A DNA stretch of 64,000 bases from Tubiluchus corallicola (Eukaryota; Animalia; Priapulida). The notes below the pieces were generated by a model. It had not been told where the DNA came from. It made no database searches and worked only from the letters and a program-made list of their open reading frames with translations. Made by a program: the position numbers and the translations under genes. Shown here piece by piece: positions 1-11,900 of the stretch. Every line of letters starts with the position of its first letter. Position 1 is the stretch's first letter. The stretch is from contig JAQGDQ010000172.1 in assembly GCA_030141605.1 (NCBI GenBank), forward strand, positions 372,001 through 436,000. The letters are read 5' to 3'.

Positions 1-1
1 T

Positions 2-820
2 ACACTGCTTGACGATGAAAATGTCACTGAAGAAGACAGAAATTCACAGTTCCTCGTGGAACCAGCAGATGTTGGTAAAAATAGGGCACTCTGCTCCGTG
101 GAGAGGACTCAGCAACTGAATCCGATGGTCATCATTGATGCCGACACACAGAATGTCAGCGAAAAAAGTGACCAGTTTTTCCACAATTTCGATGTTGTTT
201 GTCTCACTGGCTGTGTCAAGGAACAGTTGATCCGTGTTAACAATATATGCCACTCACAAGGGATCAAATTCTTTGCAGGTGATACGTTCGGATATTATGG
301 TTTTCTGTTTCTTGACTTATGCCATCATGATTATGTTGAAGAAGTTCGTCATGTTATTACTAAGGATGATAACAGTGGCAGCAAGAAGCAGAAAGTAGAT
401 GAGACCAAACTTGTGAAACGATCCGAAACTTACATTACTTTCCAGGACGTGTTGGAGTTTGACTGGTCCACTCCCAAAGCTGTTAAGGGACTCAAGAAGA
501 CACCGTCGACTTATTTCCTTTGTTTAGTGCTATTGCAGTTTCGCTGGTTGCATGGAAGATTGCCTTGTCATGGGGATCACGACCAACTGCTTGCGGTCAA
601 GCAAAAAGTTTTGGAAGAACTGAAAGTTGACAAGAACATTTTGTCCGACTCATTTGCTGAACATTGTAAAGGTGAACTGAGTCCAGTATGTGCTATTGTT
701 GGAGGCATTTTAGGCCAAGAAATAATCAAGGCTGTATCGTGTAAAGATGCGCCTCATAATAACTTTTTCTTCTTTAATGGTATTGAAGGCAGTGGGCTTG
801 TAGACTGCATCGGCAAATGA
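2..820 (+). CDS. SAE1: SUMO-activating enzyme subunit 1 (Aos1), 5'-truncated by the window edge, no introns in the visible part
   Basis: Frame is open from base 2 (TLLDDENVTEEDRNSQFLVEPADVGKNRA...QQLNPMV...FDVVCLT...IKFFAGDTFGYYG...ELSPVCAIVGGILGQEIIKAVSCKDAPHNNFFFFNG) to TGA at 818-820. These are characteristic SAE1 motifs. The track's start at 56 is an internal GTG. Confidence 0.93.
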   Translation, partial: TLLDDENVTEEDRNSQFLVEPADVGKNRALCSVERTQQLNPMVIIDADTQNVSEKSDQFFHNFDVVCLTGCVKEQLIRVNNICHSQGIKFFAGDTFGYYGFLFLDLCHHDYVEEVRHVITKDDNSGSKKQKVDETKLVKRSETYITFQDVLEFDWSTPKAVKGLKKTPSTYFLCLVLLQFRWLHGRLPCHGDHDQLLAVKQKVLEELKVDKNILSDSFAEHCKGELSPVCAIVGGILGQEIIKAVSCKDAPHNNFFFFNGIEGSGLVDCIGK

Positions 821-2933
821 CGAGCTCTCCAGAATCCACAGGAATATTTGCCTTGCAAAAGCTCAGTTATTGTGTTTACATGTTAACTGTCATCAAGCAT
901 TCACTTTCAGAAAGTAATATCATGATCTAACTAATTACAATGTAAAGCTACTTATTGAAGAGAATTTTGACATTCAATACATATTGCGCTATTATGTAAA
1001 CTGTTGTCCTCATGCATCACTTATAGAATAATCTGCTGCAGTGGCAGATATAATATGTATAATCTGTAATAAGTATAAATATTCAAGTGTATAGGCTATG
1101 CGAGTATACATACACTGCTGAACAGTGTCAGATGAATGGGGCTTATAGTAATTCTTGTGAATGTGTCCTGTCAATTTAAAATACTAACTTGTAAAAATTT
1201 CTGAAAAATGCAATATAACAGCACGAATGTCAAAACAAATAACACATCATTCAGTATGGTATATAAAATTTCAATTGAAACATTTGTCACAGTCTTAGAC
1301 AGATAAATAATATTAATAACATTATTAGTTGAATACAAAATAGGCCATGCCATTTTTGCAAAATACATAGTTGGAAAATGCTTATGAAGTTTATAAACTT
1401 TTGGCAATATTGTAGATTATATGTTCCTATGCCCAGTCCAATAAAGAGAGCTGCTGTACAACCACTAAATAAGCTTAAACATGTAATAACATAAATACAC
1501 GTACTCGCCCACAAAAATAAAAAGTATAAGTACAGTGTACAAAGATGTGTAAAAGTTTTCAAAGCAGTTTTTAAGTGGACTAACAAAACTGCAATTAGTC
1601 AAGCTATAGTAACTTGAAAAGAACATTTTCTGTTACTAAGATTTTTCAGACAGCAAATTTTCTGAAAGTTTTGTCAAGTAGAACTTTCATTTCAATAAGT
1701 AACGAAAGGTGAGCAACAAATTTGCATTAAAATAATCTCACTCGTTACCTAGTCCCAGAATCGTAATTGTAGGTGTTAATTTCTGTAATAAATGAGTACT
1801 ATAAAAATGAGTCACTGAGTTAGACATAATCAGTAATCAGTACAAGACCTATGCCATTTTTTACATATACACAAATTTACAAATCTTTATTGTCCTTTGC
1901 TGCCGTTTTTCTCAATAGGAATCTCAAATTCTAACAAATTGCCCCTAAATGTTGCATTTTCAACATGAGCAACAGTCATCTAAATACATGTTAAAATTTC
2001 TGGGCAGTAAAGTTCGAAGTATAGAAATAGTGTCTTTCATAGATTAAACATATTTTTCGTGTGTGCGTATAGGCCTACAGTGTTGTTTGACTAGCAAACA
2101 AATTTATAATTTTAAGCATAATAGTTGAGTAATACAGTGTTACAAAGATAACAAATAAAAATCCTCCATTCCTGAGGAAGTCCTACTTAAATGTATTATC
2201 GTAAGCCTGAAGTTTTGCTCGATGTACAAAATTAGAATGTACATATTTTTATTATTTCAGATAAGCATGAAATAAAGTAAAGATGCTATGTGTTTTGCTG
2301 GCCCAATTGCGAGTAAAAATGTTAGCAGGGCATTTCTAAATTTCGAAAAACTCGCTTCTGACAACAAAATTCAATGTTATACGAAGCCAGACTGCATGAT
2401 TTTAGTTCAAAGAAAGAAACCTTTTATATCACATTTTCAGTTCTAGTACTAAAAAAAAGTGAGAAAGTAATTCAGATTTCCATTTAATGCATACCCACAT
2501 TATCATAACAAGTTTTAAGAAACTTTTAACCATAAACTAGTGAACTGGTAAAGAACAACCATAATATCTCTGACAAAAATAGCTACAACTGACACCAGCT
2601 GAACTTAATCAGTAAGCTAAATGAGTAGCTGGAAACTCTCCACTTGACTCAACTTTGGCTAATCTACAGCTCAAGCAAAATAAAATTTAAAAACTAGTTT
2701 GTCAGTGTCTGCACTAATAATGCCAAATGGATCACAAAGCTCGTGCAAGTATAGAGACAGTGGAAAATCGTGTGCTTCAGTTTTTCACACATTCCCTTCA
2801 TGACTGCACGGGCATCCAATGTGCATGGCTCATTGTATTAATTCATAAATATTGTCATCTGACATTATTGGCAGATGCAGTAAGTGTCCACCTTGATGCT
2901 AAAAGTGAAAGGCTCATAACGCTTTTTGGAAAA

Positions 2934-5900
2934 TTACACCATTGAGTTCGATTCGCCAGCTATCCGATTCACTACCTGCAAGATGTAATACTAGATTGCA
3001 TTGCAGTATAAATCAATCAGAAGCACTACATCATTATAAAAATTCATACATGAATTTTAAAGACATCATTCAAAAAGTATTCCGAGAATCTATTTTGAAA
3101 TTGTTTTAACTTTTAAACTCTCGTGTAAATGCCAAAAAAGTAATCGTGCTGCAGCAGCTCAATCTTAGCAGAAACTAAAGTTATAACTACTAAAATACTA
3201 TTACTATGTAGCTGTTATTCATGCATTTTAATGAAATCCTGAGAACTGTAGCCTGTCTTACAACATACTACAAGTTGCAATAAAATTAGGAATAGATACG
3301 TTACAAATGTAAGGAGATTAACAGGATCAACAGCAATATAAAAATCGAGGATTACCGCCTTTGTTCGTCATATAGCAATATCCACATCATGGAAAACCGT
3401 TGAAGAAGCTGAGTAACAAAGCAGCAGAAGCAAAAAATTATAACTTATATGGTATTTGTTAAGTCACCTGCCACTGTTCAAAAGTGGAAACTGCTACAAC
3501 AATAAGCAAAAGCGGAAATCAAGTTGGTGGAAAATTGATGCAAACATCGAAGTGTCGTGATTTTGCTCCATTACTCATAAAATTTTCATACAGATAGAAA
3601 CAGCTAATGAGCCACTATGCCACACAAATTATTCAAGTTATTTACATTTACTTACTGAGCTTATAAACGGAAAATTGAGAAATGTGCCTATAACAGGTAC
3701 TCTTCGTAAAAAATTAACAGCCACTGGAACAAATCCACTGTAAAAAATAGAAAGTATTTTACTAGAAGTAAGTTTGTTAGCTATTATAATTGAATAATAA
3801 TGTCAAATAAATATTGATAAACAGTCCTAATATTGATAAATATTGAGTAATTCTCCTGAAAGAAGAAAATGCACACAAAAGCTCCCAAATCCTGGAAGGG
3901 TTTTGCCAGTTAATTGCTGCCTAAGGGAAGGTTGTAATTGCTAGGCAAACATAATTCGTAACAATGAACACTTAATGAAAACTGGTATGTGAGTTTCAGA
4001 TAAAGAATAAAACATCAAAAAGATGAGAAAAAATGACACAAATATGGGAGCCATAATAGCGAAAAATTAATAGTTAATAAAAGGATAAGTACAATTCACT
4101 TATTCTTTTAATCACTTTTGCCTTGCAGCTCTCTGTCTTTCTGAAAACTTTTGCACTTCCACAGGTACCCAAACCCAAGACTGTGCTTTTCAGGCAGCTA
4201 TCCTAACCATTACTTACACCACAGAAACACTTGGTTTTTCAGATGCCTTTTTTGTTTTAGGAAAATGAAAAAATAAGCAAAGCCAAAACTCATAAAAAAA
4301 CTTGAGAGTCAAGTGATGGTGAAGAAATCCTTTATATCAGTAATCACACTTTCCAGGCTATGGTGGCTTGGACATAAATTTACAATAAGCTAAGCCCAGG
4401 AGCAGTAAGGGTATTATTTTGGAGAACTACTACTATTTTTTAGAAATAATCAATCTGTAAGCAAATAAAAATGTGGTGGGTTTCTACAGCACAAGAACAA
4501 AAATACACTTTTAGGTGTGATCGTTCAATGAAGGAAGAAAAACAAAATTAAGCAAGTATAAAAAATGCATTTTATGAACGATCACTAATTGTCATAGATC
4601 AAATGTCCTTGAAAAAGAACTGGCATAAAATTTTGTACAAAATATTTGCCACAGAAACTATTGCCTTCCTTACAGACATAGACATTTTATTTATCTCCTC
4701 ATTTACACCAGAATACAAATAGACTATTATTGCTATAGTTATTAATTAAACAGGATAAATTATGCATAAAGGAAAGAGTTAGGGGGTGCAGGAGAAAAGG
4801 TAGCGATTATCTATATTCTGTTATTATCAACATTATTACAGACTGCTATTAGTGACAGTTCTTTCTAGTCATCACTGGTAGCCCGTCCAAAATTGTAATT
4901 AAACAGCATTTTTAAACTCAGAAAATAACTGAGCAAATATTCCTTAAATTCTCAAAAAATGTCCAACAATGGACAGAGCTTGAAATGAAATGTTTTTCTA
5001 AAATATGACAAGAAATAACTAGTTGATCAATTAATGATCAGTAGTTGTTAGCCACTCCATTCTACTTACCTAAATAACAAGAACATTCCGTACAGTTCAA
5101 CACACATGCCAACGACAGGCCAGCCTAGTAGAACTATGAACATTCCAGCAAAAAAGCAGGCTGTAGCTCTTAGCTTATGAGACTGGAAGAAAAACCGCAG
5201 AGTTCGTTCAACTCCAATGACAAAAATTAAGCCTGAGATGAAGAGTATCTAAAAGCATTACAAATAAACAATATTTATTATACTTTGACTTTCACAATAT
5301 ACTTATGAATTGGACAAGAACAGAACAATAATTTGGCGTATCCATATTTTGTTACATCTGACATACATCTGATACACTGATCATCGGAATTTACTATCAA
5401 CTAGGAGCTTGCTTAAAAATTTTTTAGCTTTGTGCCAATGTTGGTTGATAAGATCTGCCTCAACTCCTCAATCACATATTCAAGTCTCATGAATTCCCTA
5501 ATATTCCCAAGAAGAACTCAGTACTACCAGCAAAAGGCAAAAGTATGGTAAATCTGAGGTTCAAAATTTCAAATTGTTTGCCGAGTTGATCCACGTCTTC
5601 ACGAGATTATCGTGACATTGTGATTGAGTTGTGTAATTGCACTACTGCTCTGGAATAGCACATATCATCTGTGCAACATGTGTCTCAGAAACAGGCATTT
5701 TTAATTACTTTTTGTCCATTTAAGCAGGAATGGTTTGTTAGCATGGAACTTTGAAAAACTAATGAAACTAGGCCTTACAAAGTAATACAAATAGTAATTC
5801 TTGAATACAAATCATTCTTAAAAAAGTACAATATTTGCACTTAACATATTTTAGAGTCAGTTCAAGCTGGTCAACAACTGAGTCTCATTTCTTTGATTGG

Positions 5901-6736
5901 TACATATAAAAATAAAGAAATTGTACACTTACAGTACTTACATTTCCTATAGCAAGTAAACCTCTATCAAAGAACATTAAAGTACCAAGCATTAAGAATG
6001 CAATACCAAACCCGGCTAAACCAACTCCAATTTCTGAAAGAAAGAAAGTTGAGCAAAAAACTGAGACAAAACCAACAATCGATAACGGAGCAGTTAGCCA
6101 TGTCCTATCCGTTCAGTCAGTCAGCTATTTAATAAGTTAAATAAGCTAATCAGTAATTTGTCAAATGATTAAAGTAATTAGCAGTGGTGTTTCTAAGATA
6201 TGTACAACTAACGCATTGCACAGACAATCCTCAGAATTTTCTTTGTTTGACAACAATTTTAATATGTATCAAATATTTGAAACTAAGGTCCTAGCTTTTG
6301 ATTTTTCATTAATTACAGTGAACATTTAATAATTAATGAATTAAACATTTACTTAGAGTTGTCTTTATAAAGTACTTATAAAATTAATGTACTAAGCAAA
6401 TAGCGAGATCTAAAAATTAGCTGCACAGTTTAAGCTGATCACTTAAAATGCCTTTGTAATCAGTTAGCTAACCAGTAAATTAGTTAATAAATTAATGAAT
6501 TAGTGCCAATGGGTAATTTTGCCAAAACTCCTGTTTAAATAATCATAAGTTACTTAGTTGATGCAAAACTACTGTTTTGGCATGTCTCTAGCATTCGGAC
6601 ATGTCTCTTAACATCTAGCATAAAAGCTAGAGCAAAACATTTCATTACAGATGTTAATTTACAAACTAAAAGCTTAAGATATGGCCATGCCGGGGCAATC
6701 AAAATACTCACTCTGAAAATCTGTCACTTCAATCAT
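2934..6736 (-). CDS. GOLT1B: Vesicle transport protein GOT1 (Got1/Sft2 family), 5 coding exons, 139 aa
   Basis: Hand-spliced exons 6736-6712 (25 nt), 6033-5942 (92), 5248-5070 (179), 3737-3656 (82), 2975-2934 (42). All introns are GT-AG and phases are consistent. Protein: MIEVTDFQKIGVGLAGFGIAFLMLGTLMFFDRGLLAIGNILFISGLIFVIGVERTLRFFFQSHKLRATACFFAGMFIVLLGWPVVGMCVELYGMFLLFSGFVPVAVNFLRRVPVIGTFLNFPFISSVVNRIAGESNSMV*, closely matching recalled GOLT1A/B. Confidence 0.93.
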
Positions 6737-7633
6737 TGTTGTGTTTTTGTTTTCTCATACAAATCTGTAATCACAGTAAATCCTGTTAACAAGTTTACCT
6801 GCCATTTTTAATAATATTGTTCAAAGGCCATGTAGCCTATTACATAAAGGGTATTCCTACGAATGTGAGAACGCAGACAACATATTAAGGGATGGGGTAC
6901 TTTTTGAGACATATCCAGTAATCCGCAAACAAGACTTTTCAACACCAAAACCTAAATGCAAATGTATTAAATTTAAACACATGTCCAGATACAATGTCCT
7001 GAGTGCAATAGCTATGACTTCCACCATTTAACTCGTTTTCACGACTATGCAGGAGCAAGTCTACTTTATAATAGCAACTCTGCTGCAGAATAGAACACAA
7101 ATGCAGCACAAATTTATTAGAAGGTTAACTTTCAATTATGTGCCCCAACTCAAACAGTAAAATTTAGTAAGAAATGGGTCAGCTTTGGCCAGACATGTGA
7201 AATTTGCTATAATAATCCATCTCTTTATCTGACGAGAGCAAAACTAAGAAAAAATTGGCAATGAACTAAAATCATCCGTATGAAGTAAAGGATATTTTAA
7301 AGAAATTAAACAGTTTCTACACATACAGACGCACTCTGTTGTCAAATATGTTCAACTGTGAAACACATAAAACTCAGCATTACACATTATTTATAGATAC
7401 AACTACAAATAATTTTTTACAAATCAGTGTATTAAACATTAAACATTTACACCATACTGGTCTGTATTTAATAATCAATGAATATCAGTTTGAAATCTTA
7501 TTACAAAAAACTACACAATATATACGATACTAAATACATATTTTAAAGCAGAATTTGCAGCTAACACAGTTCCCGTTTGACTGCAGTTACTTTGTCTTAC
7601 TTTTTTATATGGAATCTTTTAAAGTAGCTGCTG

Positions 7634-8527
7634 TCAACCTACACATGAGGACCAGTTTGGTACCTCAAAATTGACAAATTTTTTTACACGTTCAACATAG
7701 CAGTTAGAAAACTGGACATCAGAGTGCCCAGCTCCTGGTATCCATAGATGTGTTACCCTTTGTGGACATTGCTCGTATATAGTCAGACCATGCGAAAAAT
7801 CAATAACTTCGTCATCTATGCCATGGATAACAAGAACTGGAGAACTCATAATCTTCTGCACTTTATCAATATTTGTAAAAACATCACAGCGCCAAGTGGA
7901 AGTTACGTTAGGAAAAAGTGTTCGTAAACCAGACATCAGTGGACTACATAATATAACACCTGCCACAGAAACTCTTGTTGCAAGATCTACTGTAGGAGCT
8001 GTGCCCAAGCTATATCCACACAGAATAATATCTCTGGGATTAACACCATACTTAGTTTGCAAAGCAGACAAAGCTGCATCAATGTCCAAATATAAATTTT
8101 TTTCTGAGGGTTTGCCACTGCTGCATCCATATCCAGAATAATCATAAGCAAAGATATTGCAATTTATATCACTACCAAAGTCGATATAAAAACTGATCAA
8201 TTGTCCTAGATCAGTAGCATTTCCATGACTGACTAAAAAGGTGTATCTTGAGTTTGTAGTACACCTTATAAACATGCAAACTATTTCATTACCTTCTCCT
8301 GTACGTGCCAAAAACAATTCCACATTCTCTAGCTCCTTTTCAGTATGTCGAAATTCAGCAAAATCGTTCAAAAGGCATTTAAAATTGGGACTTGTTTCTT
8401 TTGGTAGTAATGAGTAGCTTGGTTCTGGTGGGATAAAAGCGAATTTTTCTGTAACTTTTGACGGGCATGGGGGACAACAAAATATGCAGCACATTGTTCC
8501 AAGAAACCCACCACACCGTCCACACAT
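7634..8527 (-). CDS. ABHD17: ABHD17-family alpha/beta hydrolase (protein depalmitoylase), intronless CDS, 297 aa
   Basis: First in-frame ATG at 8527 (the track starts at an upstream TTG). Cys-rich N-terminus CCIFCCPPCP, SHGNATDLG, YDYSGYGCSSGKPSEKNLY, nucleophile GYSLG, HGIDDEVIDFSHG (Asp), GAGHSD (His). The Ser-Asp-His triad is intact. Confidence 0.92.
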   Translation of the reverse strand: MCGRCGGFLGTMCCIFCCPPCPSKVTEKFAFIPPEPSYSLLPKETSPNFKCLLNDFAEFRHTEKELENVELFLARTGEGNEIVCMFIRCTTNSRYTFLVSHGNATDLGQLISFYIDFGSDINCNIFAYDYSGYGCSSGKPSEKNLYLDIDAALSALQTKYGVNPRDIILCGYSLGTAPTVDLATRVSVAGVILCSPLMSGLRTLFPNVTSTWRCDVFTNIDKVQKIMSSPVLVIHGIDDEVIDFSHGLTIYEQCPQRVTHLWIPGAGHSDVQFSNCYVERVKKFVNFEVPNWSSCVG

Positions 8528-8641
8528 CTTAGGTTGCAACCGAGCATTACTGTACTATCAATCTTTTCTGTTTACAGTTTCACTTTCAGCAAATCATATT
8601 TGCAACTGCTCATATTTTTTGGTACAAATTAATTATTTTAG

Positions 8642-8740
8642 CTGCGTGTTACATAATAAAATTAATTAAAATGCACCAAGTGAAGCATTTTGAGAAAACT
8701 TTATTTTATCAGGAGAACATATAAGATAGAATAAACTTAC
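8642..8740 (-). other. Probable 5'UTR intron of the ABHD17-like gene (99 nt)
   Basis: Minus strand reads ATT|GTAAGT at 8740 and ends ...TATGTAACACGCAG| at 8642, 114 nt upstream of the ATG. Confidence 0.5.
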
Positions 8741-8919
8741 AATGAACAATGAGAATGCACTGGCATTGTTTTCACGATTTAGATTTTTTTCATGAACAGG
8801 CTGTTATTTCTCATATGTAGCAATACGTTTTATTCATTCTGTTAAGTTCCTAGTAAAAGAATAATCATATCACCACTGAAATAACGAAAACGAATTCAAT
8901 GACTTAACGTCGAATATTA

Positions 8920-8980
8920 CACGTGGAAGTCGCCATTACTGGCTGACGATTTGTTTGAAATGGATTGTACATTGGATTGG
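8920..8980 (-). promoter_or_regulatory. Putative housekeeping-type promoter cluster (E-box, ETS, YY1-like, tandem CCAAT)
   Basis: CACGTG 8920-8925 overlaps GGAAGT 8925-8930 and abuts CGCCATT 8931-8937. ATTGGATTGG at 8971-8980 is two CCAAT boxes on the minus strand. The patch is locally CpG-richer and lies just upstream of the predicted first exon. Confidence 0.45.
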
Positions 8981-9789
8981 ACGCATCGCGTTGAGAGGTT
9001 TGGTTGCCTGCGTGCACTCATGTCTCGCTTCAGAATTGTGGTGATTTCTGCGTGAATGGTGATGATGAAAATACAAGAAAATTTTACAATACAATAATAC
9101 GTCGGTTTGCAGTACAAAAAAGAACATTATAGTCTATAAAGACTATTTTCCGGCATAAATACAAAATCCTAGCACCCTAAATTACCTAATTAAAATACAT
9201 TAAACCACTGCAGCCTAGAGAATACTAAATTACAATAGAAGCATACAAAAAAGTTCATTTATAAGATTAAGAGAGAGATGGCTATAAAATTGAGATAAAA
9301 AAACTAGAGTACCTTAAGTAAAGAAACATATCTAGATAATTAAAAATATAATACACACATAATAAAATAAAAAACCCAAACTACATACATAATAAGATGC
9401 ATAATTACAGAAACAAGTTGACTAACGGTACAATTAAGAATCTTCAGTGAAACATAATTATTTACTTGATTAAAGTACATATTTTTGCATTGCTATGATT
9501 ATAAGAAATTTCGTATACAATTAAGACACAAAATTAAATTTATAAAATGTACGAGGTTTAAAATTATAAAAGGTATTTGCAATTAATTTTTACAATAAAA
9601 TATACGGTATGATAAAATATGGGACTTGAATGCAGTATCTAAATATGATTGCGGTTAGCTCTTGAGAAGCTTGAGCAGTAAATGCTGAGCAAAGAATTAC
9701 AAAAAATAAGAACAGAAATGGCACAGAAGAAACACATAACTGAATAAGGACAAAGTGATCAAGCAAGAAGAATAACAAAGCGGTGGAAT

Positions 9790-11900
9790 GTATAAAATGA
9801 CAATGGAGGCTGGATTAATAAGATTTAAAAGAATTTGGGAATTAAGAAGAAGGGCAGAAAGAAAGAGGAACGTTGCACTATAAGGGACAATGAGAAAATG
9901 ATTAGTGACTGTGAAGAAATAAAAAAATACAGGAACTATTGCAAAGAATTACTTACAATGAAAACAAATTTCTAAAGTTGAAGAAATGGTGAATAAAATT
10001 TTTAAACAAATTGTGAGAACTAGGAAAACAATGAGAAATTAAAGAAATTACAATGGAAGAAACAGAAGAAGCTGTTAAGAATTTAAAAAATGAAAAGCAG
10101 GGGATATGCAAGGGTTGACAAGTGGAAATGATAAACAGATTATATATGTACGACGTGATCTAAAGCAAAGCATATAGTTACATTTTAATAAAGTAAAAAA
10201 TAATTATTATGGAGTTCCAAGTTTGTGGAAAGAAATGAAAATAAAGTCGTTAACTAAAAAGGCGGAAGTAGACATGACATAACTAATAGAAGAGGCATAT
10301 TTTAACAAATGGATTAATGGAGTTATTTGAGAGAACTCTGCTGAAAAAATGAAAATTTTTTAGAAAATAGAATAACACAAAATCAATGTGGTGGACGAAA
10401 AAACATGGGAACAGTGTATCATATATTTACTATAAAAATATCATTTTATAGGCTAACCAAGTAACATATATGGATTGGATAGGAATTTAAAGTGATTTTT
10501 AGATACTTAAAAGTGTTTCAATAAACTATGGCTGGGGGACTGTTTAACTGAAGTATGGCTGAAAGGAATATCACCTGAAGAAATAAATGTGATACATCAT
10601 ATGAAAAAAGAGGGGGAAGCAAAAATTGAGTTACCAGTTGGGGAGGAAACACAGAGGTTAGAATTAAGTGAAATTGCGCAGCAAGGGACAGTCTGGGCTA
10701 CCAAGACTGTGTAGTGTAACAACAGCTAGAATAAATAATGTGGGAGAAAATGTAAATGTGGCTATCGGATCAGAAAAACGAACAAATGCCAAAATAGATG
10801 TTGATGATACCATAGGTATGGGGGAAATGAACAATTGATCAGTATGGCAAAAATTTGTAAATATTTTGAGCAAAAGAAAAATTTGCTTTTAATATTAAGA
10901 GTCGCAGATATTAAAAACAGTTTAAAAGAAGCAAAAGAAATATAAAGAAAATTATACGGCAATTGTAAGAGTAAGAAGCGAATAATTTCTGAAACAAAAT
11001 GGTACAAGTATCTAGGAGATCGGAGAAAAGGTCGGAATTTTGGTAAAAGAAAATTAGTGTGGGGTAACATAAAGAGAGTTGGGGAATATGCTGTGGAAAC
11101 AAATATTACATTTGACTGAGACAGTAATTACACCAAGTGTGATATACAACAGAGAAATTTGAGAGGAAATAACAAAAAAGAGTTAAAGAAAATGGAAAAA
11201 AATATAAAAAGGGATGTTACAAAAATATTTCTACAGAAGGCATCAGCAAGTTATTGCGGAATGTTGATAGAAACAGAGGTCTGGCCAATGGAGCAGCGGG
11301 TAGATTATAAAAGGTTATGTAGTAATGTAATTTACAATCTAGTAAATTCAAAAGAATCTAGAGATGCTTATAAAGCTATGAAAGAGATGTGGAGAAAAGA
11401 AATTAAAAGTGGTTGGACTCAGACTATAGATTGATTAGCAAAAAATATGATTTAGAAATACAAAATGACTATTTTAATACAAGTACAAAAATCATCGTGG
11501 AAAAAAACAAGTTAAAGAAAGTATAAGGAAAATAATAAAAGAAAATGCCGCGGAAGAGATAAGTTTAAAAACAAAGTTAAGATTTCTGCAGTATGAATAG
11601 GACAACCCAAAACACTGCATAATAGACTTAACACCAGAGTAAATAAAATGAGTGCCAGAAATGAAATTAAATTTTTACCACTAAATAATAATTACAAGAG
11701 CTGGTTTAAGATTTGAGGTGTCCATTATTATAAAAAGGAAGAGGATAACAGCGAGCATCTGTTTGATTGTGATATGGCTAAAAACAGTACCAAAACAAGA
11801 AAGAAATTTCCAAGAAATGATAAAGTCAGATGATCCAAAAGTGCTAAGGAAATATTGCTGAAAATAGAGCAGATGGTTGAGGACACAATGAAACAATGAG
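9790..11900 (+). mobile_element. Decayed non-LTR retrotransposon (RT plus C-terminal zinc knuckle), many stops and frameshifts
   Basis: A-rich coding relics in the expected order: EITMEETEEAVKNLKNEKAGD, NRRGI, QCGGRKNMGTVYHIFTIK, KCFNKLW, QQGTVWATK, WYKYLGD, GMLIETEVWPMEQRVDYKRL, CP...EEDNSEHLFDC. Boundaries are approximate. Confidence 0.8.

Noticed and set aside
7818-8141. 107-aa plus-strand ORF
   Set aside because: Antisense shadow of the ABHD17 CDS.
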